Shown here piece by piece: positions 24,603-39,400 of a stretch of DNA of 64,000 nucleotides. Under the pieces are notes generated by a model that saw only the letters and a list, made by a program, of their open reading frames with translations, was not told where the DNA came from and did no database searches. The stretch's first letter is position 1. Each line of letters starts with the position of its first letter. The position numbers were made by a program, and so were the translations under genes. The DNA is from Haliotis rufescens (taxonomy: Eukaryota): assembly GCF_023055435.1 (NCBI RefSeq), contig NW_025964334.1, positions 21,080,001 through 21,144,000 on the forward strand, written 5' to 3'.

Positions 24603-24835
24603 GTTTGTTTGTGTAGTTTGTTGTTTAACACCACACTCAGCAATATTCCTGGGCCGCGGTCTGTAAAGAATCGAGTCTGGACAAGACAATCCAGTGATTG
24701 TTATCATGAGCATCGACCACGCAATTGGGATACGATGACATGCATCAGCCAAGTCAGCGAGCCTGACCACCAGATCCCATAGTCACCTCATACAACAAGC
24801 ATAGTCACCCTTTACAGGTTGCTGAAGATCTATTC
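24603..24835 (-). mobile_element. SINE-like family B copy
   Basis: Matches the family B consensus. Confidence 0.75.
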
Positions 24836-24925
24836 AAAAGTACAATCAGTATAGAATGAATAGTGTTGCTGTAGTATACTTCATTTTTCAGGAAAATAAC
24901 AAAAAAAACCGCCAAGTATACGTTT

Positions 24926-25436
24926 CAATCTCATTAAAATCAGATGTTAGTTCTTGCTACCGCTAAACAAAGATCTGAGGACATCCAATTAGGGGTCACG
25001 TCAGAAGGACCTTTCACCCGACCAATCAGAGCGTAGCTTACCAGATCATGAAAGTGACAGTCGGAATGTGATTTCTTATCATGCAACCCCGAAAACTTTT
25101 TACACGGGGTATTCCGAACGATAGTTACGAGGTTAACGACTGAATCCATACAATCTCGACCATCTAGTAGCCATTCGAGAATGTTCTTTTGTTCAGGTTT
25201 CAAATTTTTAATCGAGAATTTGTCAAAATATGTTTCGAAGCGTAGTCGCCAATTTGAAATTAGTGCCGTAAAACACGAGTAAGCTGCCTTCTGACTGGCT
25301 AATGTCGACTTCTCGTCAGTCATTCCATTGGTCGATCAAAGTTCGCGCAAGGTCGGTCTGACATGACCCGTGATGGGATGTCCTCAGATCTTTGTTTAGC
25401 GGTAGCGAGAACTAAGATCTGATTTGAGTGAGATTG
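24926..25436. mobile_element. AcademH-like non-autonomous DNA transposon (511 bp), original insertion
   Basis: About 80-bp imperfect TIRs CAATCTCATTAAAATCAGATGTTAGTTC.../...GATCTGATTTGAGTGAGATTG; 10-bp TSD GTATACGTTT/GTATTCGTTT; RecQ-helicase-like remnant FSIKNLKPEQKNILEWLLDGRD on minus. Confidence 0.8.
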
Positions 25437-25827
25437 GTATTCGTTTCTGCAGACATTCTAACTCTGTGTATTGATTACACATGCTACATTAAAGCATGTC
25501 ATAGAGGGCAAACCTAATATTTGGAAAACTGTACATAAGGTCAAAGGTTGTTAACTTTCAGAAAATACTCAAAATACTGAAGACATGTCATATTTCTTTT
25601 ATTTCAGAGCCATATGGAGTAGAAATTGACAAGAAGTATAAAACACGATGCTCTGTCATTAACCTGAATGTTATGCTTTCTATTAAACTATATGAAATTT
25701 AAGGACCATGGCCTTAGGGTATGGAAATTTGTTTCCTGGTGACATAAGGTCGGTCAATAACCTTCTGTTAAGGTGAGCTTAACATTGTAATTGTATGTAT
25801 ATGTACATCACGATGATCATCCCCACG

Positions 25828-27623
25828 TCACACAATTGCATATTCCGTGGATGAAACCGAATAGACCCTATTAATGTCAACATTAATGTCATGTTTATTG
25901 TACAATCTCGTCATGGAAAGATAAAACTTAAACTTGTTGGCTTGAACGAACTCGCAAGCCATCTTGTTTTCAACCGGCTGAGTGAAAATGACCTCTCCGT
26001 TTTCTGGCACAAAAGAAGCCAGTTTACAAAACAAGGCATGAGCAATTTTGTCACTGTCGGCAAAAAGTGGATACATACGAAAGCCAATATCCGCTGCTCT
26101 CAGTACCCCATATCCACATATCTTTCCATTCTGAACGGCAACAAACGTCTTTGCCTTTTTAAATAAAGCCCAGTTTCTCATATAGGAGGGTCTCGGCAAT
26201 GTATGAATGTCTGCGTCGTATGTAACAACGTCATCAAAATTGACGTCTTCTACTGGGATGATATCAAAATCTCCTTTACTCGCTTCCTTCACGAAATCCG
26301 GATTTACTGGTCCCATGTTATAGTGGAATGTAAACGATGGGATGGTCCATCCAAATTGTTCATAGAACGTGATTCTGTTGGAAAGGGCTGTTCCTCCAAC
26401 GTTGCGATGTTTCATGACATCCATGACGGACCGAAACAGTATCTTTCCTATGCCCTTTCCACGGTATTCTTCTTTGACAACGTTCATTCCCGACGAAGCA
26501 AACGTGTCACTGTGTGACAGAATGCCATTGTGCCCTGAATAAATGAAAGACTACAAAAGTATCAACTTATTACATGCATGAGGGTGAGGGTCTACTGTGT
26601 CTACTGATTTAAGACCCGTGAATATCCGGGGTAGAATCTTCAGCAACCCATGCGTGCCGTAAAATAGCGACTGTACTTGTCGTAAGAGGCAACTAACGGG
26701 ATCGGGTAGTCAGGCTCGCTGACTTGGTTGATGCATCATGTAGCATGTCATCGTATCCTAATTTGATTGTCTGGTCCAGACTCGATTATTTACAGACCGC
26801 CGGCATATAGCTGGAATATTGTCGAGTGCGGCGTAAAACAACAAACCAAACCAAACGTCTCCTAATTGCGTGGATCGATGCTCGTGATGTCAATCACTGG
26901 ATTGTCTGGTCTAGACTCGATTATTTTTCAGACCGCTGTCAAATAGCTGGAATATTGCTGAGTGTGGTGTTAAACAACAGACAACGTGTGCTAATTTGTG
27001 TACTTCCACACTTCATAATTAGCCGAAGGTGAAGTAAAAGTGTCTTTAAGATTAAAAGCCATGTTTGAATGTTGTTTAACGCCACACTTAGATATATTCC
27101 AGCTATATGACGGTGTTTTTTAAGTAATCTACATATTTATAACACGGAACAATTGTGCGATATCAACTACAATGAAAACTTTCGTTAAATCACCAAGTAG
27201 GCAAGTAATGACGAAATTGCTTGGTCGATCTAGAGATCAGACAATATATCAACACTCGTTGATAAAAGTTTAAAGCTTTTCGGCAAGCGTCGGCGTTTTA
27301 AACTTTTACTACTCGTGTTTATATATTCATATCAAAAGACACTCGGGTGAGATTCTCTATTAATGTTTAGTTGACGTTATTTCTATCATTAAACAGATGC
27401 GTTGTTCGCCTACTGAATGTTTCCCCTCTTCAAACACTCTGATCTACAAGTAACATTACTGTTGTGGGGAGTTTGCTGTACCTATAACTTCCCCAGTGGG
27501 CGTGACCACTACCACAAGTCCAGAGGGGTCCGTGTCGAAAATACACTCCAAGTAGTCTTTCTCCATGTTCCACTGGTTGGCCGACGTCAACTCGTACAGG
27601 CTTTGAATGTCCTCACGGCGCAT
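25828..27623 (-). CDS. Two-domain GNAT acetyltransferase (YitH/HolE, Acetyltransf_18-like), copy 1; 5' end possibly defective
   Basis: Exons 27623-27482 and 26534-25828 joined in phase 1 (282 aa from MRREDI); acetyl-CoA motif A VKEEYRGKGIG, FYEQFGW, second domain GYGVLR..PLFADS. Start codon uncertain. Confidence 0.8.
26613..26985 (+). mobile_element. Two family B SINE-like pieces in the GNAT intron (repeated in every array unit)
   Basis: GACCCGTGAATATCCGGG head, GTCGTAAGAGGCAAC hairpin, two GCTGGAATATTG..TAAAC tails. Confidence 0.8.
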
Positions 27624-28416
27624 GCGTCGAACCTCATAGTCAACCCCTTCTCGTACAGTGGAAAACCTTAAGTTGTATTCATTGTATTAAACAGTGATTG
27701 AACTAAGTATCGACGCTGTGTTATCACTGCTACACGTAGTATCAGTACTGGCTACATGAAATATATACTTATGGTCAAACGTTCAGCACAACATGCATGA
27801 AATTAAACATCAATTTCACAGCTTTCTTAATAATTTTTAAATATTTAAGGAAAACAAAAAGCTGTTGGTTATAATTTAAATATGTTGATTTACTGCCACT
27901 TTGGTAAATGTAATCTGTTATGGCGTTAAGATTTGTATATTTATGATGTGAATTTCCATATATTGTTCAGTTTGTCCAGTGGAAATGTCAACAAATGTAC
28001 TTATACATTTTCACATTTCAATCGCAATGACATTACTATTCATTCATAACTTTCCATTTTCACTCCTTTTCGTGAAATGTTTCCTGTCCAGAAAATATCA
28101 TGAATTGAAAAGTAGAACAGTTACGTTGCCTATTTTCTTACCATACGTATATGCACATCCGAACTGGCGCAGTCGATGGTGTGGGGATTTAATTCAGCGG
28201 GTAAGATACTACCTTCATCATCCAGGCCAGTTGCCGTTTACAAACAACAATCGATACAAATAATGGGGAAACATGTTTTGTGGGTGAAGGATGAGAGTGA
28301 GTGAGTGAGTTTGGTTTTACGCCGCTTTTAGCAATATTCCAGCAATATCACCGCGGGGGACACCAGAAATGGGCTTCACACATTGTACCCATGTCGGGAA
28401 TCGAATCCGGGTCTTT

Positions 28417-28927
28417 CAATCTCATTAAAATCAGATGTTAGTTCTTGCTACCGCTAAACAAAGATCTGAGGACATCCAATTAGGGGTCACGTCAGAAGGA
28501 CCTTTCACCCGACCAATCAGAGCGTAGCTTACCAGATCATGAAAGTGACAGTCGGAATGTGATTTCTTATCATGCAACCCCGAAAACTTTTTACACGGGG
28601 TATTCCGAACGATAGTTACGAGGTTAACGACTGAATCCATACAATCTAGACCATCTAGTAGCCATTCGAGAATGTTCTTTTGTTCAGGTTTCAAATTTTT
28701 AATCGAGAATTTGTCAAAATATGTTTCGAAGCGTAGTCGCCAATTTGAAATTAGTGCCGTAAAACACGAGTAAGCTGCCTTCTGACTGGCTAATGTCGAC
28801 TTCTCGTCAGTCATTCCATTGGTCGATCAAAGTTCGCGCAAGGTCGGTCTGACATGACCCGTGATGGGATGTCCTCAGATCTTTGTTTAGCGGTAGCGAG
28901 AACTAAGATCTGATTTGAGTGAGATTG
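28417..28927. mobile_element. AcademH-like element, array copy 2
   Basis: Near-identical to 24926-25436; left TSD replaced by a truncated SINE. Confidence 0.8.
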
Positions 28928-29318
28928 GTATTCGTTTCTGCAGACATTCTAACTCTGTGTATTGATTACACATGCTACATTAAAGCATGTCATAGAGGGC
29001 AAACCTAATATTTGGAAAACTGTACATAAGGTCAAAGGTTGTTAACTTTCAGAAAATACTCAAAATACTGAAGACATGTCATATTTCTTTTATTTCAGAG
29101 CCATATGGAGTAGAAATTGACAAGAAGTATAAAACACGATGCTCTGTCATTAACCTGAATGTTATGCTTTCTATTAAACTATATGAAATTTAAGGACCAT
29201 GGCCTTAGGGTATGGAAATTTGTTTCCTGGTGACATAAGGTCGGTCAATAACCTTCTGTTAAGGTGAGCTTAACATTGTAATTGTATGTATATGTACATC
29301 ACGATGATCATCCCCACG

Positions 29319-31114
29319 TCACACAATTGCATATTCCGTGGATGAAACCGAATAGACCCTATTAATGTCAACATTAATGTCATGTTTATTGTACAATCTC
29401 GTCATGGAAAGATAAAACTTAAACTTGTTGGCTTGAACGAACTCGCAAGCCATCTTGTTTTCAACCGGCTGAGTGAAAATGACCTCTCCGTTTTCTGGCA
29501 CAAAAGAAGCCAGTTTACAAAACAAGGCATGAGCAATTTTGTCACTGTCGGCAAAAAGTGGATACATACGAAAGCCAATATCCGCTGCTCTCAGTACCCC
29601 ATATCCACATATCTTTCCATTCTGAACGGCAACAAACGTCTTTGCCTTTTTAAATAAAGCCCAGTTTCTCATATAGGAGGGTCTCGGCAATGTATGAATG
29701 TCTGCGTCGTATGTAACAACGTCATCAAAATTGACGTCTTCTACTGGGATGATATCAAAATCTCCTTTACTCGCTTCCTTCACGAAATCCGGATTTACTG
29801 GTCCCATGTTATAGTGGAATGTAAACGATGGGATGGTCCATCCAAATTGTTCATAGAACGTGATTCTGTTGGAAAGGGCTGTTCCTCCAACGTTGCGATG
29901 TTTCATGACATCCATGACGGACCGAAACAGTATCTTTCCTATGCCCTTTCCACGGTATTCTTCTTTGACAACGTTCATTCCCGACGAAGCAAACGTGTCA
30001 CTGTGTGACAGAATGCCATTGTGCCCTGAATAAATGAAAGACTACAAAAGTATCAACTTATTACATGCATGAGGGTGAGGGTCTACTGTGTCTACTGATT
30101 TAAGACCCGTGAATATCCGGGGTAGAATCTTCAGCAACCCATGCGTGCCGTAAAATAGCGACTGTACTTGTCGTAAGAGGCAACTAACGGGATCGGGTAG
30201 TCAGGCTCGCTGACTTGGTTGATGCATCATGTAGCATGTCATCGTATCCTAATTTGATTGTCTGGTCCAGACTCGATTATTTACAGACCGCCGGCATATA
30301 GCTGGAATATTGTCGAGTGCGGCGTAAAACAACAAACCAAACCAAACGTCTCCTAATTGCGTGGATCGATGCTCGTGATGTCAATCACTGGATTGTCTGG
30401 TCTAGACTCGATTATTTTTCAGACCGCTGTCAAATAGCTGGAATATTGCTGAGTGTGGTGTTAAACAACAGACAACGTGTGCTAATTTGTGTACTTCCAC
30501 ACTTCATAATTAGCCGAAGGTGAAGTAAAAGTGTCTTTAAGATTAAAAGCCATGTTTGAATGTTGTTTAACGCCACACTTAGATATATTCCAGCTATATG
30601 ACGGTGTTTTTTAAGTAATCTACATATTTATAACACGGAACAATTGTGCGATATCAACTACAATGAAAACTTTCGTTAAATCACCAAGTAGGCAAGTAAT
30701 GACGAAATTGCTTGGTCGATCTAGAGATCAGACAATATATCAACACTCGTTGATAAAAGTTTAAAGCTTTTCGGCAAGCGTCGGCGTTTTAAACTTTTAC
30801 TACTCGTGTTTATATATTCATATCAAAAGACACTCGGGTGAGATTCTCTATTAATGTTTAGTTGACGTTATTTCTATCATTAAACAGATGCGTTGTTCGC
30901 CTACTGAATGTTTCCCCTCTTCAAACACTCTGATCTACAAGTAACATTACTGTTGTGGGGAGTTTGCTGTACCTATAACTTCCCCAGTGGGCGTGACCAC
31001 TACCACAAGTCCAGAGGGGTCCGTGTCGAAAATACACTCCAAGTAGTCTTTCTCCATGTTCCACTGGTTGGCCGACGTCAACTCGTACAGGCTTTGAATG
31101 TCCTCACGGCGCAT
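29319..31114 (-). CDS. GNAT acetyltransferase copy 2
   Basis: Exons 31114-30973 and 30025-29319, same translation as copy 1. Confidence 0.8.
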
Positions 31115-31907
31115 GCGTCGAACCTCATAGTCAACCCCTTCTCGTACAGTGGAAAACCTTAAGTTGTATTCATTGTATTAAACAGTGATTGAACTAAGTA
31201 TCGACGCTGTGTTATCACTGCTACACGTAGTATCAGTACTGGCTACATGAAATATATACTTATGGTCAAACGTTCAGCACAACATGCATGAAATTAAACA
31301 TCAATTTCACAGCTTTCTTAATAATTTTTAAATATTTAAGGAAAACAAAAAGCTGTTGGTTATAATTTAAATATGTTGATTTACTGCCACTTTGGTAAAT
31401 GTAATCTGTTATGGCGTTAAGATTTGTATATTTATGATGTGAATTTCCATATATTGTTCAGTTTGTCCAGTGGAAATGTCAACAAATGTACTTATACATT
31501 TTCACATTTCAATCGCAATGACATTACTATTCATTCATAACTTTCCATTTTCACTCCTTTTCGTGAAATGTTTCCTGTCCAGAAAATATCATGAATTGAA
31601 AAGTAGAACAGTTACGTTGCCTATTTTCTTACCATACGTATATGCACATCCGAACTGGCGCAGTCGATGGTGTGGGGATTTAATTCAGCGGGTAAGATAC
31701 TACCTTCATCATCCAGGCCAGTTGCCGTTTACAAACAACAATCGATACAAATAATGGGGAAACATGTTTTGTGGGTGAAGGATGAGAGTGAGTGAGTGAG
31801 TTTGGTTTTACGCCGCTTTTAGCAATATTCCAGCAATATCACCGCGGGGGACACCAGAAATGGGCTTCACACATTGTACCCATGTCGGGAATCGAATCCG
31901 GGTCTTT

Positions 31908-32418
31908 CAATCTCATTAAAATCAGATGTTAGTTCTTGCTACCGCTAAACAAAGATCTGAGGACATCCAATTAGGGGTCACGTCAGAAGGACCTTTCACC
32001 CGACCAATCAGAGCGTAGCTTACCAGATCATGAAAGTGACAGTCGGAATGTGATTTCTTATCATGCAACCCCGAAAACTTTTTACACGGGGTATTCCGAA
32101 CGATAGTTACGAGGTTAACGACTGAATCCATACAATCTCGACCATCTAGTAGCCATTCGAGAATGTTCTTTTGTTCAGGTTTCAAATTTTTAATCGAGAA
32201 TTTGTCAAAATATGTTTCGAAGCGTAGTCGCCAATTTGAAATTAGTGCCGTAAAACACGAGTAAGCTGCCTTCTGACTGGCTAATGTCGACTTCTCGTCA
32301 GTCATTCCATTGGTCGATCAAAGTTCGCGCAAGGTCGGTCTGACATGACCCGTGATGGGATGTCCTCAGATCTTTGTTTAGCGGTAGCGAGAACTAAGAT
32401 CTGATTTGAGTGAGATTG
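31908..32418. mobile_element. AcademH-like element, array copy 3
   Basis: Same TIRs and internal sequence. Confidence 0.8.
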
Positions 32419-32809
32419 GTATTCGTTTCTGCAGACATTCTAACTCTGTGTATTGATTACACATGCTACATTAAAGCATGTCATAGAGGGCAAACCTAAT
32501 ATTTGGAAAACTGTACATAAGGTCAAAGGTTGTTAACTTTCAGAAAATACTCAAAATACTGAAGACATGTCATATTTCTTTTATTTCAGAGCCATATGGA
32601 GTAGAAATTGACAAGAAGTATAAAACACGATGCTCTGTCATTAACCTGAATGTTATGCTTTCTATTAAACTATATGAAATTTAAGGACCATGGCCTTAGG
32701 GTATGGAAATTTGTTTCCTGGTGACATAAGGTCGGTCAATAACCTTCTGTTAAGGTGAGCTTAACATTGTAATTGTATGTATATGTACATCACGATGATC
32801 ATCCCCACG

Positions 32810-34605
32810 TCACACAATTGCATATTCCGTGGATGAAACCGAATAGACCCTATTAATGTCAACATTAATGTCATGTTTATTGTACAATCTCGTCATGGAA
32901 AGATAAAACTTAAACTTGTTGGCTTGAACGAACTCGCAAGCCATCTTGTTTTCAACCGGCTGAGTGAAAATGACCTCTCCGTTTTCTGGCACAAAAGAAG
33001 CCAGTTTACAAAACAAGGCATGAGCAATTTTGTCACTGTCGGCAAAAAGTGGATACATACGAAAGCCAATATCCGCTGCTCTCAGTACCCCATATCCACA
33101 TATCTTTCCATTCTGAACGGCAACAAACGTCTTTGCCTTTTTAAATAAAGCCCAGTTTCTCATATAGGAGGGTCTCGGCAATGTATGAATGTCTGCGTCG
33201 TATGTAACAACGTCATCAAAATTGACGTCTTCTACTGGGATGATATCAAAATCTCCTTTACTCGCTTCCTTCACGAAATCCGGATTTACTGGTCCCATGT
33301 TATAGTGGAATGTAAACGATGGGATGGTCCATCCAAATTGTTCATAGAACGTGATTCTGTTGGAAAGGGCTGTTCCTCCAACGTTGCGATGTTTCATGAC
33401 ATCCATGACGGACCGAAACAGTATCTTTCCTATGCCCTTTCCACGGTATTCTTCTTTGACAACGTTCATTCCCGACGAAGCAAACGTGTCACTGTGTGAC
33501 AGAATGCCATTGTGCCCTGAATAAATGAAAGACTACAAAAGTATCAACTTATTACATGCATGAGGGTGAGGGTCTACTGTGTCTACTGATTTAAGACCCG
33601 TGAATATCCGGGGTAGAATCTTCAGCAACCCATGCGTGCCGTAAAATAGCGACTGTACTTGTCGTAAGAGGCAACTAACGGGATCGGGTAGTCAGGCTCG
33701 CTGACTTGGTTGATGCATCATGTAGCATGTCATCGTATCCTAATTTGATTGTCTGGTCCAGACTCGATTATTTACAGACCGCCGGCATATAGCTGGAATA
33801 TTGTCGAGTGCGGCGTAAAACAACAAACCAAACCAAACGTCTCCTAATTGCGTGGATCGATGCTCGTGATGTCAATCACTGGATTGTCTGGTCTAGACTC
33901 GATTATTTTTCAGACCGCTGTCAAATAGCTGGAATATTGCTGAGTGTGGTGTTAAACAACAGACAACGTGTGCTAATTTGTGTACTTCCACACTTCATAA
34001 TTAGCCGAAGGTGAAGTAAAAGTGTCTTTAAGATTAAAAGCCATGTTTGAATGTTGTTTAACGCCACACTTAGATATATTCCAGCTATATGACGGTGTTT
34101 TTTAAGTAATCTACATATTTATAACACGGAACAATTGTGCGATATCAACTACAATGAAAACTTTCGTTAAATCACCAAGTAGGCAAGTAATGACGAAATT
34201 GCTTGGTCGATCTAGAGATCAGACAATATATCAACACTCGTTGATAAAAGTTTAAAGCTTTTCGGCAAGCATCGGCGTTTTAAACTTTTACTACTCGTGT
34301 TTATATATTCATATCAAAAGACACTCGGGTGAGATTCTCTATTAATGTTTAGTTGACGTTATTTCTATCATTAAACAGATGCGTTGTTCGCCTACTGAAT
34401 GTTTCCCCTCTTCAAACACTCTGATCTACAAGTAACATTACTGTTGTGGGGAGTTTGCTGTACCTATAACTTCCCCAGTGGGCGTGACCACTACCACAAG
34501 TCCAGAGGGGTCCGTGTCGAAAATACACTCCAAGTAGTCTTTCTCCATGTTCCACTGGTTGGCCGACGTCAACTCGTACAGGCTTTGAATGTCCTCACGG
34601 CGCAT
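32810..34605 (-). CDS. GNAT acetyltransferase copy 3
   Basis: Exons 34605-34464 and 33516-32810. Confidence 0.8.
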
Positions 34606-35398
34606 GCGTCGAACCTCATAGTCAACCCCTTCTCGTACAGTGGAAAACCTTAAGTTGTATTCATTGTATTAAACAGTGATTGAACTAAGTATCGACGCTG
34701 TGTTATCACTGCTACACGTAGTATCAGTACTGGCTACATGAAATATATACTTATGGTCAAACGTTCAGCACAACATGCATGAAATTAAACATCAATTTCA
34801 CAGCTTTCTTAATAATTTTTAAATATTTAAGGAAAACAAAAAGCTGTTGGTTATAATTTAAATATGTTGATTTACTGCCACTTTGGTAAATGTAATCTGT
34901 TATGGCGTTAAGATTTGTATATTTATGATGTGAATTTCCATATATTGTTCAGTTTGTCCAGTGGAAATGTCAACAAATGTACTTATACATTTTCACATTT
35001 CAATCGCAATGACATTACTATTCATTCATAACTTTCCATTTTCACTCCTTTTCGTGAAATGTTTCCTGTCCAGAAAATATCATGAATTGAAAAGTAGAAC
35101 AGTTACGTTGCCTATTTTCTTACCATACGTATATGCACATCCGAACTGGCGCAGTCGATGGTGTGGGGATTTAATTCAGCGGGTAAGATACTACCTTCAT
35201 CATCCAGGCCAGTTGCCGTTTACAAACAACAATCGATACAAATAATGGGGAAACATGTTTTGTGGGTGAAGGATGAGAGTGAGTGAGTGAGTTTGGTTTT
35301 ACGCCGCTTTTAGCAATATTCCAGCAATATCACGGCGGGGGACACCAGAAATGGGCTTCACACATTGTACCCATGTCGGGAATCGAATCCGGGTCTTT

Positions 35399-35909
35399 CA
35401 ATCTCATTAAAATCAGATGTTAGTTCTTGCTACCGCTAAACAAAGATCTGAGGACATCCAATTAGGGGTCACGTCAGAAGGACCTTTCACCCGACCAATC
35501 AGAGCGTAGCTTACCAGATCATGAAAGTGACAGTCGGAATGTGATTTCTTATCATGCAACCCCGAAAACTTTTTACACGGGGTATTCCGAACGATAGTTA
35601 CGAGGTTAACGACTGAATCCATACAATCTCGACCATCTAGTAGCCATTCGAGAATGTTCTTTTGTTCAGGTTTCAAATTTTTAATCGAGAATTTGTCAAA
35701 ATATGTTTCGAAGCGTAGTCGCCAATTTGAAATTAGTGCCGTAAAACACGAGTAAGCTGCCTTCTGACTGGCTAATGTCGACTTCTCGTCAGTCATTCCA
35801 TTGGTCGATCAAAGTTCGCGCAAGGTCGGTCTGACATGACCCGTGATGGGATGTCCTCAGATCTTTGTTTAGCGGTAGCGAGAACTAAGATCTGATTTGA
35901 GTGAGATTG
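35399..35909. mobile_element. AcademH-like element, array copy 4
   Basis: Same TIRs and internal sequence. Confidence 0.8.
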
Positions 35910-36300
35910 GTATTCGTTTCTGCAGACATTCTAACTCTGTGTATTGATTACACATGCTACATTAAAGCATGTCATAGAGGGCAAACCTAATATTTGGAAA
36001 ACTGTACATAAGGTCAAAGGTTGTTAACTTTCAGAAAATACTCAAAATACTGAAGACATGTCATATTTCTTTTATTTCAGAGCCATATGGAGTAGAAATT
36101 GACAAGAAGTATAAAACACGATGCTCTGTCATTAACCTGAATGTTATGCTTTCTATTAAACTATATGAAATTTAAGGACCATGGCCTTAGGGTATGGAAA
36201 TTTGTTTCCTGGTGACATAAGGTCGGTCAATAACCTTCTGTTAAGGTGAGCTTAACATTGTAATTGTATGTATATGTACATCACGATGATCATCCCCACG

Positions 36301-38096
36301 TCACACAATTGCATATTCCGTGGATGAAACCGAATAGACCCTATTAATGTCAACATTAATGTCATGTTTATTGTACAATCTCGTCATGGAAAGATAAAAC
36401 TTAAACTTGTTGGCTTGAACGAACTCGCAAGCCATCTTGTTTTCAACCGGCTGAGTGAAAATGACCTCTCCGTTTTCTGGCACAAAAGAAGCCAGTTTAC
36501 AAAACAAGGCATGAGCAATTTTGTCACTGTCGGCAAAAAGTGGATACATACGAAAGCCAATATCCGCTGCTCTCAGTACCCCATATCCACATATCTTTCC
36601 ATTCTGAACGGCAACAAACGTCTTTGCCTTTTTAAATAAAGCCCAGTTTCTCATATAGGAGGGTCTCGGCAATGTATGAATGTCTGCGTCGTATGTAACA
36701 ACGTCATCAAAATTGACGTCTTCTACTGGGATGATATCAAAATCTCCTTTACTCGCTTCCTTCACGAAATCCGGATTTACTGGTCCCATGTTATAGTGGA
36801 ATGTAAACGATGGGATGGTCCATCCAAATTGTTCATAGAACGTGATTCTGTTGGAAAGGGCTGTTCCTCCAACGTTGCGATGTTTCATGACATCCATGAC
36901 GGACCGAAACAGTATCTTTCCTATGCCCTTTCCACGGTATTCTTCTTTGACAACGTTCATTCCCGACGAAGCAAACGTGTCACTGTGTGACAGAATGCCA
37001 TTGTGCCCTGAATAAATGAAAGACTACAAAAGTATCAACTTATTACATGCATGAGGGTGAGGGTCTACTGTGTCTACTGATTTAAGACCCGTGAATATCC
37101 GGGGTAGAATCTTCAGCAACCCATGCGTGCCGTAAAATAGCGACTGTACTTGTCGTAAGAGGCAACTAACGGGATCGGGTAGTCAGGCTCGCTGACTTGG
37201 TTGATGCATCATGTAGCATGTCATCGTATCCTAATTTGATTGTCTGGTCCAGACTCGATTATTTACAGACCGCCGGCATATAGCTGGAATATTGTCGAGT
37301 GCGGCGTAAAACAACAAACCAAACCAAACGTCTCCTAATTGCGTGGATCGATGCTCGTGATGTCAATCACTGGATTGTCTGGTCTAGACTCGATTATTTT
37401 TCAGACCGCTGTCAAATAGCTGGAATATTGCTGAGTGTGGTGTTAAACAACAGACAACGTGTGCTAATTTGTGTACTTCCACACTTCATAATTAGCCGAA
37501 GGTGAAGTAAAAGTGTCTTTAAGATTAAAAGCCATGTTTGAATGTTGTTTAACGCCACACTTAGATATATTCCAGCTATATGACGGTGTTTTTTAAGTAA
37601 TCTACATATTTATAACACGGAACAATTGTGCGATATCAACTACAATGAAAACTTTCGTTAAATCACCAAGTAGGCAAGTAATGACGAAATTGCTTGGTCG
37701 ATCTAGAGATCAGACAATATATCAACACTCGTTGATAAAAGTTTAAAGCTTTTCGGCAAGCGTCGGCGTTTTAAACTTTTACTACTCGTGTTTATATATT
37801 CATATCAAAAGACACTCGGGTGAGATTCTCTATTAATGTTTAGTTGACGTTATTTCTATCATTAAACAGATGCGTTGTTCGCCTACTGAATGTTTCCCCT
37901 CTTCAAACACTCTGATCTACAAGTAACATTACTGTTGTGGGGAGTTTGCTGTACCTATAACTTCCCCAGTGGGCGTGACCACTACCACAAGTCCAGAGGG
38001 GTCCGTGTCGAAAATACACTCCAAGTAGTCTTTCTCCATGTTCCACTGGTTGGCCGACGTCAACTCGTACAGGCTTTGAATGTCCTCACGGCGCAT
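36301..38096 (-). CDS. GNAT acetyltransferase copy 4
   Basis: Exons 38096-37955 and 37007-36301. Confidence 0.8.
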
Positions 38097-38889
38097 GCGT
38101 CGAACCTCATAGTCAACCCCTTCTCGTACAGTGGAAAACCTTAAGTTGTATTCATTGTATTAAACAGTGATTGAACTAAGTATCGACGCTGTGTTATCAC
38201 TGCTACACGTAGTATCAGTACTGGCTACATGAAATATATACTTATGGTCAAACGTTCAGCACAACATGCATGAAATTAAACATCAATTTCACAGCTTTCT
38301 TAATAATTTTTAAATATTTAAGGAAAACAAAAAGCTGTTGGTTATAATTTAAATATGTTGATTTACTGCCACTTTGGTAAATGTAATCTGTTATGGCGTT
38401 AAGATTTGTATATTTATGATGTGAATTTCCATATATTGTTCAGTTTGTCCAGTGGAAATGTCAACAAATGTACTTATACATTTTCACATTTCAATCGCAA
38501 TGACATTACTATTCATTCATAACTTTCCATTTTCACTCCTTTTCGTGAAATGTTTCCTGTCCAGAAAATATCATGAATTGAAAAGTAGAACAGTTACGTT
38601 GCCTATTTTCTTACCATACGTATATGCACATCCGAACTGGCGCAGTCGATGGTGTGGGGATTTAATTCAGCGGGTAAGATACTACCTTCATCATCCAGGC
38701 CAGTTGCCGTTTACAAACAACAATCGATACAAATAATGGGGAAACATGTTTTGTGGGTGAAGGATGAGAGTGAGTGAGTGAGTTTGGTTTTACGCCGCTT
38801 TTAGCAATATTCCAGCAATATCACGGCGGGGGACACCAGAAATGGGCTTCACACATTGTACCCATGTCGGGAATCGAATCCGGGTCTTT

Positions 38890-39400
38890 CAATCTCATTA
38901 AAATCAGATGTTAGTTCTTGCTACCGCTAAACAAAGATCTGAGGACATCCAATTAGGGGTCACGTCAGAAGGACCTTTCACCCGACCAATCAGAGCGTAG
39001 CTTACCAGATCATGAAAGTGACAGTCGGAATGTGATTTCTTATCATGCAACCCCGAAAACTTTTTACACGGGGTATTCCGAACGATAGTTACGAGGTTAA
39101 CGACTGAATCCATACAATCTCGACCATCTAGTAGCCATTCGAGAATGTTCTTTTGTTCAGGTTTCAAATTTTTAATCGAGAATTTGTCAAAATATGTTTC
39201 GAAGCGTAGTCGCCAATTTGAAATTAGTGCCGTAAAACACGAGTAAGCTGCCTTCTGACTGGCTAATGTCGACTTCTCGTCAGTCATTCCATTGGTCGAT
39301 CAAAGTTCGCGCAAGGTCGGTCTGACATGACCCGTGATGGGATGTCCTCAGATCTTTGTTTAGCGGTAGCGAGAACTAAGATCTGATTTGAGTGAGATTG
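38890..39400. mobile_element. AcademH-like element, array copy 5
   Basis: Same TIRs and internal sequence. Confidence 0.8.

Noticed and set aside
24940-25323. 127-aa ORF as a RecQ helicase gene
   Set aside because: Only a short motif-0-like remnant inside a 511-bp TIR element; the rest runs into the TIR
25891-28263. Plus-strand ORFs of 68-104 aa in each array unit
   Set aside because: Antisense shadows of GNAT exons or SINE read-through; their recurrence is explained by the duplication
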